Source: Elusimicrobiota bacterium (GTDB taxonomy: Bacteria; Elusimicrobiota; Elusimicrobia; UBA1565). Taken from it: DNA of 17,991 nt. This document shows, piece by piece, positions 16,393 to 17,991 of this stretch. The stretch's first letter is position 1, and each line of letters starts with the position of its first letter. The notes under the pieces were generated by a model. That model saw only the letters and a list, made by a program, of their open reading frames with translations, did not search any database and was not told the origin of the DNA. The stretch lies in assembly GCA_043819795.1 (NCBI GenBank), contig JBDREN010000122.1:1-17991 (forward strand), read 5' to 3'. The position numbers and the translations under genes were made by a program.

Positions 16393-16610
16393 GGTCGCTC
16401 CCCAACGGCCTCGGCCGCCCCCACGACCTCGGAGGCGGGCCGCTCCCTAACAACGGCCGGAGGCGGCATTCCCTCGCTGGAACGCTCGGTCACACTTCCT
16501 CGGGATAACCCTCGGTCGGATGCGACCATTCCTGTGACCGAAGCGTTTGCGGCCAAACGCGAGGGAATGGTTGAGGCACGCAGCCGAAACCACGCGATAT
16601 GCTCGGTCAT
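16389..16610 (-). CDS. Putative 73-aa ORF spanning the expanded repeat unit (MTEHIA...MVAS...GERP)
   Basis: Present in the ORF track. Starts and ends like the 19-aa peptides and is ATGA-coupled at both ends. Confidence 0.3.
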   Translation of the reverse strand: MTEHIAWFRLRASTIPSRLAANASVTGMVASDRGLSRGSVTERSSEGMPPPAVVRERPASEVVGAAEAVGERP

Positions 16611-16669
16611 CCCTGGCGTCCGACGGGCCCGTTAACATTTTCTTCACGAAACCGTAATATTTTGGCCAT
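16607..16669 (-). CDS. Putative leaderless 20-aa upstream ORF MAKILRFREENVNGPVGRQG
   Basis: ATG 16669 lies 6 nt after a TACCAT -10; its TGA (16609-16607) overlaps ATG 16610. Confidence 0.4.
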   Translation of the reverse strand: MAKILRFREENVNGPVGRQG

Positions 16670-16675
16670 CGGGAG

Positions 16676-16704
16676 ATGGTAGACTGTTATCACAAGACGG
16701 GCAA
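16676..16704 (-). promoter_or_regulatory. Sigma70-type promoter TTGCCC, 17 nt, TACCAT, driving the uORF/repeat/J-domain transcript
   Basis: Minus strand TTGCCC-gtcttgtgataacagtc-TACCAT-ctcccg-ATG. Confidence 0.6.
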
Positions 16705-16752
16705 CAGCTGAGGCGTACATAAGGGCTGCAACAGCGAACAACACGAAACCAC

Positions 16753-17856
16753 CTAGGCAAGCGGCCGGAGGCGACCTCCTCCCGGCCGCTTCCGTTTTCT
16801 AGGCGAACGCCACCTCCCCGTCGGAGGCCCCTCCGTTATCAGCTGACCGCAGGCCCCCCGTATGTCCGCGCCCAGCCCCTTGCGGATGGTGACGCGCACG
16901 CCGCAGCGGCACAGGACGTCCCGGAAGGCCCTAGCGGCCGCGGCCGGAGGCTTCTTGTACGGGGTCGCGGTCGGGTTGAATGCGATCAGGTTGACGTGCA
17001 GCAGGTCCGGCCGCCCGACCAGGCGCACGAAGCGGCCGACCGCGCGCGCATGCCGGGGAGCGTCGTTCTCGCCCGCCAGCAGGACATACTCGAGGAAGAT
17101 CTTGCGGCTCGTCCGCTTCAGCACGCGCCGCAGCGTCGCGGCCAGCTCCTTGAGGGGATACGCCTTATTGACCGGCACCAGGCGGGTCCGCAGCTCGTCA
17201 TCGGCGGCGTGCAGGGATAAAGCCAAATTGACCTGGGGGAACTCGGAGACGAAGCGCTCGATCCCGGGGACGATGCCCACTGTGGAGACCGCGACGTGCC
17301 GCGCCGACAGGCCGAAGCGCCGGGGGTCTAGGAGGATGCGCAGGCTCTCGAAGACCGCGCCCAGGCAGAGCAGGGGCTCCCCCATCCCCATGTAGACGAC
17401 GTTGGTCAGGCGCCCCCGGACGCGCTTGGCGCGCAGATACTGCCTCCAAAAGAGCGCCTGGTCGGAGATCTCCTCGGAGCTCAGGTCCCGGCGCAGGCCC
17501 ATGAGCCCCGTCGAGCAGAACGCGCAGCCCATGGAGCAGCCGACCTGGCACGAGATGCAGGCCGACCACGCGTCGCCGGGCTTGGGCTTGAGCAGCACCG
17601 ACTCGATAAACTGGCCGTCGGCGAGGCGCAAGAGCGCCTTGTGGGCCAGGCCGTCCTCGGAGACCAGGACGCGCGACGCCTCGAGGCTTAGGAGCCGCGC
17701 TTGCGCCTCGAGGGCGCGACGCAAGGCCGCCGGAAGCGCGGTGATGTCCGCGTAGGAGCCCGCGCCGTCGCGATAGACGGCCCTCAATATCTGCTCCAGC
17801 CGGTAGGCGGGCTCCCCCGACCGATCAAGCACCTTTTTCACCGCGCGCAGGTTCAT
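16753..17856 (-). CDS. rlmN: 23S rRNA A2503 radical-SAM methyltransferase, RlmN/Cfr family
   Basis: CQVGCSMGCAFCSTG (CxxxCxxC), MGMGEP, SLHA, LEYVLL, GACGQL. Start set at MNLRAV (17856). Confidence 0.88.
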   Translation of the reverse strand: MNLRAVKKVLDRSGEPAYRLEQILRAVYRDGAGSYADITALPAALRRALEAQARLLSLEASRVLVSEDGLAHKALLRLADGQFIESVLLKPKPGDAWSACISCQVGCSMGCAFCSTGLMGLRRDLSSEEISDQALFWRQYLRAKRVRGRLTNVVYMGMGEPLLCLGAVFESLRILLDPRRFGLSARHVAVSTVGIVPGIERFVSEFPQVNLALSLHAADDELRTRLVPVNKAYPLKELAATLRRVLKRTSRKIFLEYVLLAGENDAPRHARAVGRFVRLVGRPDLLHVNLIAFNPTATPYKKPPAAAARAFRDVLCRCGVRVTIRKGLGADIRGACGQLITEGPPTGRWRSPRKRKRPGGGRLRPLA

Positions 17857-17991
17857 TGGTAGATTCTTGGCGCCGGAATCCCTACTGGGACCCGGTTTCC
17901 AAATACCCCCTTTCAAACCGTGCTTGCGAATTTCCCGCACACGGCTTAACGATGGTCGTCATGCGACAGCATGCGCGACGCCCGGGTAACG

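Larger units (their letters stand above)
16277..16610. repeat. Tandem repeat array: two identical 56-bp units plus one expanded 218-bp unit, all delimited by TCAT (ATGA on the minus strand)
   Basis: Unit TCATGGTCGCTCCCCAACGACCTCGGATGCGACCATTTCCTGCGCGATATGCTCGG at 16277-16332 and 16333-16388. The third unit (16389-16606) has the same blocks separated by two inserts. Final TCAT at 16607-16610. Confidence 0.92.

Noticed and set aside
16277..16414. 56-bp repeats as a CRISPR array
   Set aside because: The units are directly adjacent with no unique spacers, and no cas genes are in the window.
16759..16800. Hairpin AAGCGGCCGG/CCGGCCGCTT as the rlmN terminator
   Set aside because: It lies inside the last codons of rlmN and the T-rich tract is on the opposite strand, so function cannot be supported.

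Overview
GC-rich bacterial chromosomal segment made mostly of housekeeping genes. The protein styles suggest Elusimicrobiota, but that is only an impression. From left to right: 5' part of secA (minus strand, runs off the window, with a 1-nt frameshift near 216-220 that is probably a sequencing error); a divergent hom-thrC-thrB-lysC(ask) threonine operon, whose aspartokinase carries an internal RBS/ATG for a beta subunit; a 109-bp REP-doublet-like hairpin; an acyl-CoA thioesterase; then on the minus strand a lipoprotein gamma-glutamyltransferase, a large exported M16 zinc peptidase and an AMIN-domain fusion protein; proC-rnd on the plus strand behind a switch-like structured leader; a membrane-anchored J-domain protein; and an RlmN with Cfr-like sequence features. 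The most unusual signal is upstream of the J-domain gene. A predicted leaderless 20-codon ORF is followed by three related repeat units (218, 56 and 56 bp). Each unit is bounded by ATGA, encodes a small peptide and carries an RBS that can be hidden in a hairpin, giving a five-ORF chain coupled stop-to-start into the J-domain gene. No transposase, cas, rRNA or tRNA genes were seen.
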